Shown in pieces: positions 53,281-64,000 of a stretch of DNA of 64,000 nt. Made by a program: the position numbers and the translations under genes. This DNA is from an uncultured Actinomycetes bacterium. GTDB lineage: Bacteria; Actinomycetota; Thermoleophilia; Gaiellales; Gaiellaceae. The DNA is taken from positions 39,965-103,964 of the forward strand of contig CAWILJ010000001.1 of NCBI GenBank assembly GCA_963836925.1, read 5' to 3'. Below the pieces are notes generated by a model. The model was not told the DNA's origin and did not search any database. It saw only the letters and a list, made by a program, of their open reading frames with translations. Every line of letters begins with the position of its first letter. The first letter of the stretch is position 1.

Positions 53281-54895
53281 GTGCTTCGGCGGCTTCGCAT
53301 CGAGAATCTCGTCCTGATTCGCGAGGCCGAGCTCGAGCTCGCTGCCGGGCTGAACGCGATCACCGGCGAGACCGGCGCCGGGAAGACGATCCTCTCGAAC
53401 GCGATCGGGCTGCTCCTCGGCGCGCGAGGGGACGCCGCCATGATCGGCGCCGCCTCCGACGAGGCCTACGTCGAGGCCGAGCTCGACCTTCCCGACGACG
53501 AGGTGCTCGGCGGGCTCGCGGAGCTCCGCCCGGAGGGCGAGGAATCCCTCGTGCTCGCGCGGCGCATCTTCGCCGACGGCCGCACCCGCGCCTACGCGTG
53601 GGGCAGGAGCGCCGCGAGGGAAGACGTCGCCGCGGCGGTCGAGGCGCTGCTCGCGATGAGCGGGCAGTTCGAGCAGCGCCGCCTCGCGCGACCCTCCTAC
53701 CAGCTCGCCACCCTCGACGCCTACGCCGGGACGGCCGACACCACCCGCCTCGCGCGCCGCGCCTGGCGAGAGCTGACTGCCGCCCGCAAGGCCCACGACG
53801 AGCTCACCCGCGACGCGGCGGCCGTCGAGGCACGGCTCCAGGAGCTCCGTGCGCTCGCTGCGGACACAGAAGGCCTCGCCCCGGGGGACGAGGACGACCT
53901 GCGCGCAGAGCGCGAACGCCTGCGCCACGTGACCGAGCTCGCCCTCGCCGCGGCAACCGCGCTCGAGGCGCTCGCCGCCGACGAGCGCGAGGGTGGTGCC
54001 GACCTGGTCGCCGCCGCCGAGCGCTCCGTCGCGCCTCTCGAGGCGATCGCACCCGAGCTCGCCGCCGCCGGCGAGACGCTCCGCGCAGCCGAGCTCTCGC
54101 TCCGGGAGGTGGCGATCGACCTGCGGCGCTTCCTCGACACGCTCGAGGCGGAGCCCGGGCGGCTCGAAGAGGTCGAGCGCCGTCTCGACGCCGTTGCCGA
54201 CCTTCGCCGACGGCACGGCGCCCGCACCTACCAGGAGCTGCTCGAACGCGCGGCGGAGGCGAGAGGCGAGCTCGAGGCCCTCGCCGAGGGCCACGACCCC
54301 GTACGGGCTGCGGCCGCCGAGCTCGAAGGTCGCCGGGCCGAGGTCGACCGGATCCACGCCGCGCTCGCGGCCGCGCGCCGGGAGGCGGCGCCGAGGTTCG
54401 CCGCTGCGGTCGCCTCCGAGCTCGTCGGCGTCGGCCTCGGCGAGGGCGAGTTCCGCGTCGATGTCCGCGCCGCCGAGCCCGGCCCTTCGGGGGCCGACGA
54501 GGCCGTCTTCTCGGTCCGGCCCAACGCCGGCCTCCCGTTCGGGCCGGTCGCGGAGACCGCCTCTGGCGGCGAGCTCTCCCGCGTCGCGCTCGCGCTGGCA
54601 GCCGTCGGCGGCGGCGACACGATGGTCTTCGACGAGATCGACGCCGGCATCGGCGGCCAGACCGCACACGCCGTCGGCGAGACGCTCCGCCGTCTCGCCG
54701 CGCGTGCCCAGGTGGTCACGATCACGCACCTGCCCCAGATCGCGAGCCTCGCCGACCGCCACTTCCGGGTCGAGAAGGTCCCCGGCGACCCCACTCACAC
54801 CCGGATCGGTCCGCTCGACGCCGACGAGCGCCGCGAGGAGCTCGAGCGCATGCTCGGCGGCGCCGACTTCCTGGCGATGCTCTCCGGCGGCGAGC

Positions 54896-54903
<8 letters not shown>
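53281..54903 (+). CDS. recN: DNA repair protein RecN
   Basis: VLRRLRIENLVLIREAELELAAGLNAITGETGAGKTIL, a long coiled coil, and C-terminal ASGGELSRVALAL...MVFDEIDAGIGG. Confidence 0.9.
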
Positions 54904-57108
<2,205 letters not shown>

Positions 57109-57159
57109 CCGGGTCTTTCTAACCGGCCCGTCACAGCCGCCCTCTACGATGGGCGCGCC

Positions 57160-58278
57160 GTGCCGTCCGACGCCCTCGAACTCTTCCTCGAGCTCGCCGC
57201 AGTGCCGAGCCCGTCGGGGTCGGAGCGGGCCGTCGCAGACCTCGTGCTCGGCTACGTCCACGATCTCGGCCTCACCTCCGACGAGGACGACACCGGGCGG
57301 GCACTCGGCTCGACGATCGGGAACATCCTGGTCTCGCTCGAGCCGACCGCGGACGGCGAGCCGCTCTTCCTCTGCGCGCACCTCGACACGGTGCCGCCGG
57401 TGGATGCGATCGAGCCCGTCGTCGAGGACGGGATCGTCCGGAACAGGAACGCTGCGATCCTCGGCGGCGACAACAAGTCGGCCGTCGCGGTCATGCTCGA
57501 CGCCGTCCGCCGCGTGGTCGCCGAGAACCGCCCCCACGCCGGTATCGAGCTGCTCTTCACCTCGAAGGAGGAGACCGGCCTCGAGGGCGCCTCCGCGTTC
57601 GACGCGTCGCGCCTCCGTGCCCGCGTCGGGTACGTCTACGACCAGGCCGAGCCGCCCGGCGGCATCATCCTCGGCGCCCCCTCCGCGGAGCTGATCGAGG
57701 TCGTGTTCCACGGACGCGCCGCCCACGCGGGCATGTTCCCCGAGGACGGCCGCTCCGCGATCGCGGCCGCCGCCCGCGCGATCTCGGAGATGAAGCTCGG
57801 CCGGGTCGACGAGGAGACCACCGCCAACATCGGCGTCATCGAGGGCGGGAGCGCCGCGAACGTCGTCCCCGACACCTGCCGGCTCGTCGGTGAGGCCCGC
57901 TCGCACGACGACCGGAAGCTCGCCGACCAGATCCAGGCGATGCAGGACGCGCTCACGTTCGCCGCGGGCGTGACCGAGTGCGAGGTCGAGACGAAGCTCA
58001 CCCGCCACTACACCGCGTACCGCTTCACGAGGGACGACCTCGCGGTGAGGCTCGCCGCCGGCGCGCTCTCCGACTGCGGCTTCGAGCCGCGCTACAGCCT
58101 CTCGGGCGGTGCCGCGGACGCCAACGTCTTCAACCTGCGCGGCCTCCAGTGCGTGAACCTCGCAAACGGCATGACCGACATCCACACCCCCGACGAGAGC
58201 ATCGCCGTCGCGGACCTCGACGCGATGGTCGACGTCACGCTCGCGCTGCTCGACGCGGCGCGCGAGAGCCGCGCGTGA
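57160..58278 (+). CDS. M20 family metallopeptidase
   Basis: LFLCAHLDTVPP, GGDNKSAVAVMLDA, FTSKEETGLEGA, FHGRAAHAG. Confidence 0.8.
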   Translation: MPSDALELFLELAAVPSPSGSERAVADLVLGYVHDLGLTSDEDDTGRALGSTIGNILVSLEPTADGEPLFLCAHLDTVPPVDAIEPVVEDGIVRNRNAAILGGDNKSAVAVMLDAVRRVVAENRPHAGIELLFTSKEETGLEGASAFDASRLRARVGYVYDQAEPPGGIILGAPSAELIEVVFHGRAAHAGMFPEDGRSAIAAAARAISEMKLGRVDEETTANIGVIEGGSAANVVPDTCRLVGEARSHDDRKLADQIQAMQDALTFAAGVTECEVETKLTRHYTAYRFTRDDLAVRLAAGALSDCGFEPRYSLSGGAADANVFNLRGLQCVNLANGMTDIHTPDESIAVADLDAMVDVTLALLDAARESRA

Positions 58279-59216
58279 GCACGGTCCCGGCCGAGCCGGC
58301 GACTGCGCTCCTCCGCTGCCCCTTCTGCCGCACCGAGCTCGAGGCGCAGGACGGCGGCCTTGCGTGCGGGCGGTGTGGCCGGCTCTACCCGGTAGAGGAC
58401 GGGATCGCGCACATGCTCCATCCCGATCTCCCTGGGACGCCTCAGAAGCTGGCGGAGGTCGCCGGGTGGCCCGAGAAGGCAAAGGCCGAGGGCTGGTACG
58501 AGCCCGACGACGCCGTCGACACCGTGCTCCCGTTCCCGGCCCGCGAGCTCCCCGGCTGGGAGGACCTCTCGTGGCTCGCCACCGGCCACTCGTTCCAGGT
58601 CCTCCTCGACCGGTACGTCATCGACGACCGCGGGCTGCGCGTCCTGGAGGTGGGTGCGGCGAAGTGCTGGGCGGCGCCGTACTGGCGCGACCGCGAGTGC
58701 GAGTACGTCGCCACCGACATCCTCGTCGATCCGAAGATCGGGCTCGGCCGCGGCCGCTTCTACGGCGAGTTCCTCCGCGTGCAGGCGGATGCCGAGAACC
58801 TGCCGTTCCCCGACGGCGCCTTCGACGTCGTCTACGGCTGCGCGGCGCTCCACCACGCCCTCGACCTGCCGCGGATGGTCGCGGAGATGGCCCGCGTCAC
58901 CCGGCCCGGCGGCGTCGTCGCGGGGCTGAACGAGGGAATCCGCGGCGTCTTTCGAAACCCCGCGAACCCCGACCAGGCGAGGGAGAAGGAGCTCGGGATC
59001 AACGAGCACGTCCACACGGTCTGGGCGTACGCGAGCGCCTTCCGGCGGGCGGGGATCCGGGTCCGGCGGATCGAACGGGCGGAAGGATGGCCGCCGGTGC
59101 CCTGGGGTGGGCTCCTCTCGAGGATCCCGAAGGTGGGGCTCACGGCGGGCACCGTCGTCCACCTCTCCGCAGCGACCTACGCAAGCGCGTCGATCTATGG
59201 TCGAAAGCCCGCCTGA
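58275..59216 (+). CDS. class I SAM-dependent methyltransferase with an N-terminal Trm112-like zinc ribbon
   Basis: GTGA overlap with the upstream gene. Contains CPFCRTELEAQDGGLACGRCGRLYPVEDGIAHML, then VLEVGAAKC...LPFPDGAFDVVYGCAALHH...RPGGVV. Confidence 0.7.
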   Translation: MSTVPAEPATALLRCPFCRTELEAQDGGLACGRCGRLYPVEDGIAHMLHPDLPGTPQKLAEVAGWPEKAKAEGWYEPDDAVDTVLPFPARELPGWEDLSWLATGHSFQVLLDRYVIDDRGLRVLEVGAAKCWAAPYWRDRECEYVATDILVDPKIGLGRGRFYGEFLRVQADAENLPFPDGAFDVVYGCAALHHALDLPRMVAEMARVTRPGGVVAGLNEGIRGVFRNPANPDQAREKELGINEHVHTVWAYASAFRRAGIRVRRIERAEGWPPVPWGGLLSRIPKVGLTAGTVVHLSAATYASASIYGRKPA

Positions 59217-61279
59217 GCCGGCGCCCGCGCCGGAGGCACGGACGCGGGGCACCGGGCGGCACGGCCTCGCGCTCGTGGCCGGGCTCGGGATTCTCGTCCT
59301 GGCCTTCTACCTGATCGAGGCGTCGCTCCGGACGTCACCGTGGCTCTTCACCGACGAGCTCGAGTGGTCGCAGCTTTCCCGCGCGATCGCGGGCACCGGC
59401 CACGCCGCGCGCCGCGGCGAGTCGCACCCGTTCGAGTCGCTCTACTCCTACCTCATCGCGCCGGCCTGGTGGATCCACTCGACCTCCGCCGCCTACACCG
59501 CGGTGAAATCCATCAACGCGGTCGTGATGTGCCTCACCGCCGTCCCCGCCTACCTGCTCGCTCGGATGCTCGTTTCCCGCAGCTGGTCGCTCGCGGTCGC
59601 CCTTCTCTCCATCGCGATCCCCGCGATGGGCTACGCGACCTCGATCGTGCCCGAGTCGCTCGCCTACCCGTGGTTCGCCGCAGCGGCGCTCTTCGCCGTC
59701 CGTCTGCTCGCCGCACCGAGCGTCGGTCGCGCGATCCCGGCGGTGCTCCTCGCCGTTACGGGGCTCTGGGTGCGGTCGGAGTTCGTCGCGCTGCCCGCGT
59801 CCCTCGCGCTCGCCGCCGCGATCGTCTGGATCGTAGGGGGGGCCGACCGCGGGATCCCGTGGCGCCGGATCCTGCTCGCGTGCGGCGCGCTCGCCGCGTT
59901 CGCGGTCGCATTCGACCTGCTCGTCGTCCAGCACGTGCAGAGCTGGAGGTTCGGACAGTACTTCAACCACCACACGCTCCGGCAGGGCAGCCTGGCCGCG
60001 GGGGCGCTCGTGATCGGGCTCGGGTTCCTGCCGGCGATCGGGGGCGTCGCGTCTCTCTGGCTGCCCGAGCGGGCCCGCGACCCCGCCTACCGCGCCTTCG
60101 CGGCGTACCTCGGCGCCTCGATCGTGACGCTCTGGGTCTACACCGCGGCGAAGTCGACCTACCTCGTCGCGAATCTCCAGAAGCTGATCGAGGAGCGGAA
60201 CCTCTTCTACCTCTCACCGCTGCTGCTGCTCGGAACCGCGCTCGTGCTCGGTGCGAAGCGCGTCAACTGGCTCGTGGTCGCCGGTGCGGCGGTGATCGTG
60301 CTCGCCGTGAGCTGGTCCGGCCTCCTGATCGTGGGCGCGCCGTACTTCGAGGCGCCGGGCCTCGCCATCCTCACGATCGCGAACCGCCAATACTGGGACA
60401 TCAACGACTTCCACTGGGTCGAGCTCGGAGCGGTCGCCGCGACATTCGCGCTGTTCGCGTTCCGCGGACGGCGCTGGGTCGTGGGCGTGACCGCGCTCGC
60501 CGTCGGCGCGTGGCTCCTGACCGGCGAGATCTACGTCACGAAGACCAACTCGGACTACTCCAGGATCTTCGCGAGCCGACTCCCGGCGCCCCGGAACTGG
60601 GTCGACCAGGCCACCGGCAGCGCCCACGTCACCTTCCTCGGTCAGGCGCTGAACCTCGACCCGACTCCACTGTGGCTGGCCGAGTTCTGGAACCGGTCGA
60701 TCGACCACGTGGAGGCGATCGACGGCACCGCGCCCGGCCCCGGCCCGGCGGCCGGGCCGGGCCTCGAGAGCCCTGACGGGGCGCTCCAGGATTACACGGG
60801 CGACCCGTACACACTGGCAGGGCCGGGCGTCCGGCTCGCGGCGCCGATCCTCGAGCAGCGGGACGGCCTCACGCTCTACCGGACACCCACGCAGGTGGCA
60901 CCTGCTCGACGAGCAGCAGAACGTCTTCGCCGACGGCTGGGCGACCTCGCCGATCGGCTACACGTACTTCCCGCGGGCCGGGCCGGGGACGCTGAACGTC
61001 GACCTCTCCCGCACGGCGTTCACCGGGAAAGGGCCGCCGGGCCGCGCGACGATCCGGGTCGGCACCGTCAAGGTGAACGACGAGGGCGCGCCCGTCTTCG
61101 GCCGCACGCTCGTCGTCCGCCATGCGGTCGTACGGAACGGCGGCCGGACCGTGGTGCGCATCCATGTGCCGTCGACGCCCGTGACCGTGCAGGTGAACAT
61201 GACCACGTTCCGGGCGCCGCCGGACACGCGCGCGCTCGCGGCACAGCCGGGATTCACGTTCTCCCCCGACGGCACGTAG
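59197..61279 (+). pseudogene. GT-C-fold (ArnT/PMT-like) integral membrane glycosyltransferase-like gene with an apparent +1 frameshift near 60885-60898
   Basis: The first frame runs from ATG 59197 (multi-TM, FTDELEWSQLSRAI) and stays protein-like to ...GLTLYRTP. After that the same frame turns into Arg-rich nonsense. The +1 frame then reads WHLLDEQQNVFADGWATSPIGYTYFPRAGPGTLNVDLSRTAFTGKGPPGRATIRVGTVKVNDEGAPVFGRTLVV...FTFSPDGT to TAG 61277-61279. Confidence 0.6.
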
Positions 61280-61371
61280 GACGTGGCCGGTCGCTGGAGC
61301 CCGGGGAGTCGAGGGTCGTGCAGGACGAGCTGCGCCGCCTCACCCTCGGCGCGGCTGTATCGTGCCGCGCC

Positions 61372-62493
61372 GTGAGGATCGGCGTCGCCAGGGAGGTCAA
61401 GTCGGACGAGTACCGGGTCGCGCTGACGCCGGCCGGGGCCCTCGAGCTGATCAACCGGGGGCACGACGTCTGCGTCGAGACGGGCGCCGGGACGGGGAGC
61501 TCGTTCGCCGACGCTGCCTACGAGCGCGTCGGGGCGTACATCGGCTCGGTCGACGAGGTGTGGGCCTCCACCGAGCTCCTCCTCAAGGTGAAGGAGCCGA
61601 TCGCCTCGGAGTACGGCCGACTCCGCGAGGGCCTCACACTCTTCACGTACCTCCACATCGCCGCGGACGAGCCCCTCACGACGGCGCTCGTCGACTCCGG
61701 CGTGAGTGCGGTCGCCTACGAGACGGTCGAGACCGCCAGGGGCGCGCTGCCCCTGCTGGCCCCGATGTCGGAGGTCGCCGGGCGGCTCTCGACCCAGGCC
61801 GGCGCCTACTTCCTCGAGAAGCCCTTCGGCGGTCGCGGCCTCCTCCTCGGAGGCGTGCCCGGCGTCGCTCCCGGCCGCGTCGTGATCATCGGCGGCGGGA
61901 TCGTCGGCTACAACGCGGCGATCATGGCGCTCGGGCTCGGTGCGCAGGTGACGATCCTGGAGCGGTCGATCGATCGGATGCGTCACCTGGAGGAGATCCT
62001 CTCCGGCCGGGTGACGCTGCTCATGAGCTCACGGCTCGAGATCGCCGCGTCGGTGGAGAACGCCGACCTGGTCATCGGTGCGGTCCTGATCCCGGGGGCG
62101 CTCGCGCCGAAGCTCGTGACGCGGGAGATGATCGCGAGCATGAACGACGGCGCCGTCGTCGTCGACGTCGCGATCGATCAGGGAGGCTGCTTCGAGACCT
62201 CGCATCCGACGACGCACTCCGATCCGGTGTACGTCGTCGACGGCGTGATCCACTACTGCGTGGCGAACATGCCGGGCGGAGTGCCCATCACCTCGACGAT
62301 GGCGCTCACGAACGCGACGCTGCCCTATGTCGAGGCGATCGCCGACCGCGGGCTGCGTGGCGCAGTCGCCGCGGACCCGGCGCTGGCGCGCGGCGTGAAC
62401 GTGCTCGCCGGCAAGGTCACGTATGCGGCCGTTGCGGAGGCGCACGGGCTCGCGCACACCCCGCTGGAGGACGCCCTCGCCCGGGTCGGCTAG
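61372..62493 (+). CDS. ald: alanine dehydrogenase
   Basis: VRIGVAREVKSDEYRVALTPAG, LLLKVKEP, MSEVAGR, VVIIGGGIVGYNAA. TATCGT lies 8 nt upstream of the GTG. In the ORF track it is merged into ORF 59107..62493. Confidence 0.9.
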   Translation: MRIGVAREVKSDEYRVALTPAGALELINRGHDVCVETGAGTGSSFADAAYERVGAYIGSVDEVWASTELLLKVKEPIASEYGRLREGLTLFTYLHIAADEPLTTALVDSGVSAVAYETVETARGALPLLAPMSEVAGRLSTQAGAYFLEKPFGGRGLLLGGVPGVAPGRVVIIGGGIVGYNAAIMALGLGAQVTILERSIDRMRHLEEILSGRVTLLMSSRLEIAASVENADLVIGAVLIPGALAPKLVTREMIASMNDGAVVVDVAIDQGGCFETSHPTTHSDPVYVVDGVIHYCVANMPGGVPITSTMALTNATLPYVEAIADRGLRGAVAADPALARGVNVLAGKVTYAAVAEAHGLAHTPLEDALARVG

Positions 62494-62630
62494 GGCTTCG
62501 GGACGCTCTGCTTCTTGCCCGAGTTGGGCATCGGGCTGATCTTTACGACCGCCCAGGTGATGGCGGCGGCGAGCGCGATCACGCAGAGGATGAAGAGCGC
62601 GAATCCGATGAGACCGAGAACGTTCGCCAC
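62490..62630 (-). CDS. possible small membrane protein (46 aa)
   Basis: Not in the ORF track. My translation is VANVLGLIGFALFILCVIALAAAITWAVVKISPMPNSGKKQSVPKP. Its stop overlaps the ald stop on the opposite strand. No clear SD. Confidence 0.3.
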   Translation of the reverse strand: MANVLGLIGFALFILCVIALAAAITWAVVKISPMPNSGKKQSVPKP

Positions 62631-62637
62631 GAGGGCT

Positions 62638-62643
62638 TAGGAT
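62638..62643 (+). promoter_or_regulatory. -10-like TAGGAT, 6 nt upstream of GTG 62650 (leaderless-type)
   Basis: TAGGAT-agccgg-GTG. Confidence 0.45.
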
Positions 62644-62649
62644 AGCCGG

Positions 62650-63819
62650 GTGTCCAGGGCGTGCGTGATCGTTCTCGACGCGGTTGGAGCCGGGGAGCTT
62701 CCCGACGCCGCGGATTTCGGCGACGCGGGGTCCGACACGCTCGCGAACGTCGCGAAGGCCGTCGGAGGCCTCGACCTGCCGACGCTCGAGGCGCTCGGCC
62801 TCGGGAACATCGAGCCCCTGCTCGGCTGCCCGCCGCAGCCGGGCGCGCCGGCGGTCGCTGGCAGGCTGCTCGAGCGCTCCCGCGGCAAGGACACGACCAC
62901 GGGCCACTGGGAGCTGATGGGGATCCTGACCCCGCAGGCCATGCCGACCTACCCGCACGGCTTCCCCGACGAGGTGATCGACCCGTTCATGAACGAGACC
63001 GGCCGCGGCGTCCTCGCCAACGTGCCGGCGAGCGGGACGGAGATCGTCCAGGAGCTCGGCGAGGAGCATCAGCGGACAGGGAAGTGGATCGTCTACACGA
63101 GCGCCGACTCGGTGTTCCAGATCGCGGCGCACGAGGAGACGATCCCGCTCGAGGAGCTGTACGACGCGTGCCGGGTCGCGCGGCGGATCCTGACCGGGAA
63201 GCACGCGGTGGGGCGCGTGATCGCGCGGCCCTTCCTGGGCGAGCCGGGCAACTACGTTCGCACGGCGAACCGTCACGACTTCTCGCTCGAGCCGCCGAAG
63301 CCGAACTACCTCTCGCTGCTCCGCTCGAAGGGCCGGACGGTCTACGGCGTCGGGAAGATCTCGGACATCTTCGCGGGCGCCGACATCGACGAGTCGTTCC
63401 CGACGAAGTCGAACGTCGAGGGGATCCAGCGAACCGAGGAGCTGCTGCGCAGCGTCGACGAGGGGTTCGTCTTCACGAACCTCGTCGAGACCGACATGCT
63501 CTGGGGGCACCGCAACGACCCGGTGAACTTCCACCGCTGCCTGCAGGACTTCGACCGCCGGCTGCCCGACCTGCTCGACGCGCTCCGCGAGGGCGACCTG
63601 CTGATCCTCACCTCGGATCACGGCTGCGACCCGACGACGCCGTCGACCGACCATTCGCGCGAGCACGCCCTGCTGCTGGCGTACGTCCAGGGTCGGAACG
63701 CCGCGGGGCGGATCTACGAGGGCGGCGAGTTCGGCGACGTGGGCGCGACCGTCCACGCGTGGCTCGGCGGCACCTCGACGCCGCGGGCGGTGCACGGCAA
63801 GCCGTTCCTCGAGCCGTGA
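62650..63819 (+). CDS. deoB: phosphopentomutase
   Basis: VIVLDAVGAGELPDAADFGDAGSDTL, GKDTTTGHWE, YTSADSVFQIAAHE, TSDHGCDPT. Confidence 0.9.
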   Translation: MSRACVIVLDAVGAGELPDAADFGDAGSDTLANVAKAVGGLDLPTLEALGLGNIEPLLGCPPQPGAPAVAGRLLERSRGKDTTTGHWELMGILTPQAMPTYPHGFPDEVIDPFMNETGRGVLANVPASGTEIVQELGEEHQRTGKWIVYTSADSVFQIAAHEETIPLEELYDACRVARRILTGKHAVGRVIARPFLGEPGNYVRTANRHDFSLEPPKPNYLSLLRSKGRTVYGVGKISDIFAGADIDESFPTKSNVEGIQRTEELLRSVDEGFVFTNLVETDMLWGHRNDPVNFHRCLQDFDRRLPDLLDALREGDLLILTSDHGCDPTTPSTDHSREHALLLAYVQGRNAAGRIYEGGEFGDVGATVHAWLGGTSTPRAVHGKPFLEP

Positions 63820-64000
63820 TCGCGGCTGCCGAGCTGATCCACCGAAAGCGCGACGGCGAGGAGCTGACCCAGGGGGAGATCGGCGAGCTGGTCCTCGGGT
63901 ATGCGCGCGGCGAGGTGCCCGACTACCAGATGGCCGCGTTCTGCATGGCCGTCTACTTCCGCGGCCTCTCGGCGCGCGAGACGTTCGCGCTGACCGACGC
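63816..64000 (+). CDS. deoA: thymidine/pyrimidine-nucleoside phosphorylase (5' part; runs off the window end)
   Basis: GTGA overlap with deoB. AAELIHRKRDGEELTQGEIGELVLGYARGEVPDYQMAAFCMAVYFRGLSARETFALTD is the typical N-terminus. Confidence 0.8.
   Translation, partial: MIAAAELIHRKRDGEELTQGEIGELVLGYARGEVPDYQMAAFCMAVYFRGLSARETFALTD

Noticed and set aside
59107-62493. A single 1128-aa ORF suggesting a giant membrane-protein/alanine-dehydrogenase fusion
   Set aside because: The middle roughly 160 codons are Arg-rich nonsense. The membrane protein continues in the +1 frame to 61279, and ald has its own GTG (61372) with a -10-like hexamer. The long ORF exists only because stops are rare at this GC content.

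Overview
This is a high-GC, actinobacterial-type chromosomal segment, read by eye only: no searches were run, and every family call rests on motifs and remembered family signatures. Most of the window is tightly packed housekeeping operons in an order typical of Actinomycetota. These are hisS-aspS, then DUF948-alaS-ruvX-mltG-aroE-aroC-aroK/B(fused)-aroQ-Xaa-Pro peptidase-efp. Next come an accB-like gene-accC-asp23-nusB-(xseB-like)-polyprenyl synthase-tlyA-nadK-recN-SRPBCC-pyrG, then an M20 peptidase-methyltransferase-GT-C membrane protein group, ald, and deoB-deoA. Transport and regulatory genes include an NhaA::DsbA fusion, a LivJ-like binding protein, two ABC exporter half-transporters, an MFS transporter, a K+/H+ antiporter and a large SARP/AfsR-type regulator. 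Many adjacent genes share ATGA/GTGA/TGATG stop-start overlaps (16090, 24251, 25480, 28031, 39184, 40935, 42777, 48570, 49910, 50188, 50562, 51501, 58275, 63816). Many operon-first genes have a TAnnnT hexamer 6-9 nt upstream of the start codon and no Shine-Dalgarno sequence, which suggests leaderless mRNAs. The one clear accessory region is a decayed integrative island of about 6.6 kb (about 6283-12836) inserted in the 3' end of tRNA-Gln(CUG). It carries a 5'-truncated integrase, a frameshifted excisionase, a duplicated XRE module, an orphan tRNA-Asp 3' half and miscellaneous cargo. I found no CRISPR array, no rRNA and no recognisable defence system. The most unusual features follow.
- The gene in the accB position encodes a complete AccB fused behind an OadA/PycB-like carboxyltransferase domain in which all four canonical metal ligands are substituted.
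- Two paralogous ORFs of about 45 aa encode Lys/Arg-rich peptides, one in the island and one in the core.
- A 21-nt direct-repeat motif is shared by the recN upstream region and the spacer between the ABC genes.
- An ORF-free, structure-rich region of about 700 bp lies upstream of the SARP regulator.
- A +1 frameshift in a GT-C-type membrane protein gene makes the six-frame track fuse it artificially to ald.
The long Arg/Pro/Gly-rich ORFs antisense to recognised genes are treated as GC-driven shadow ORFs.
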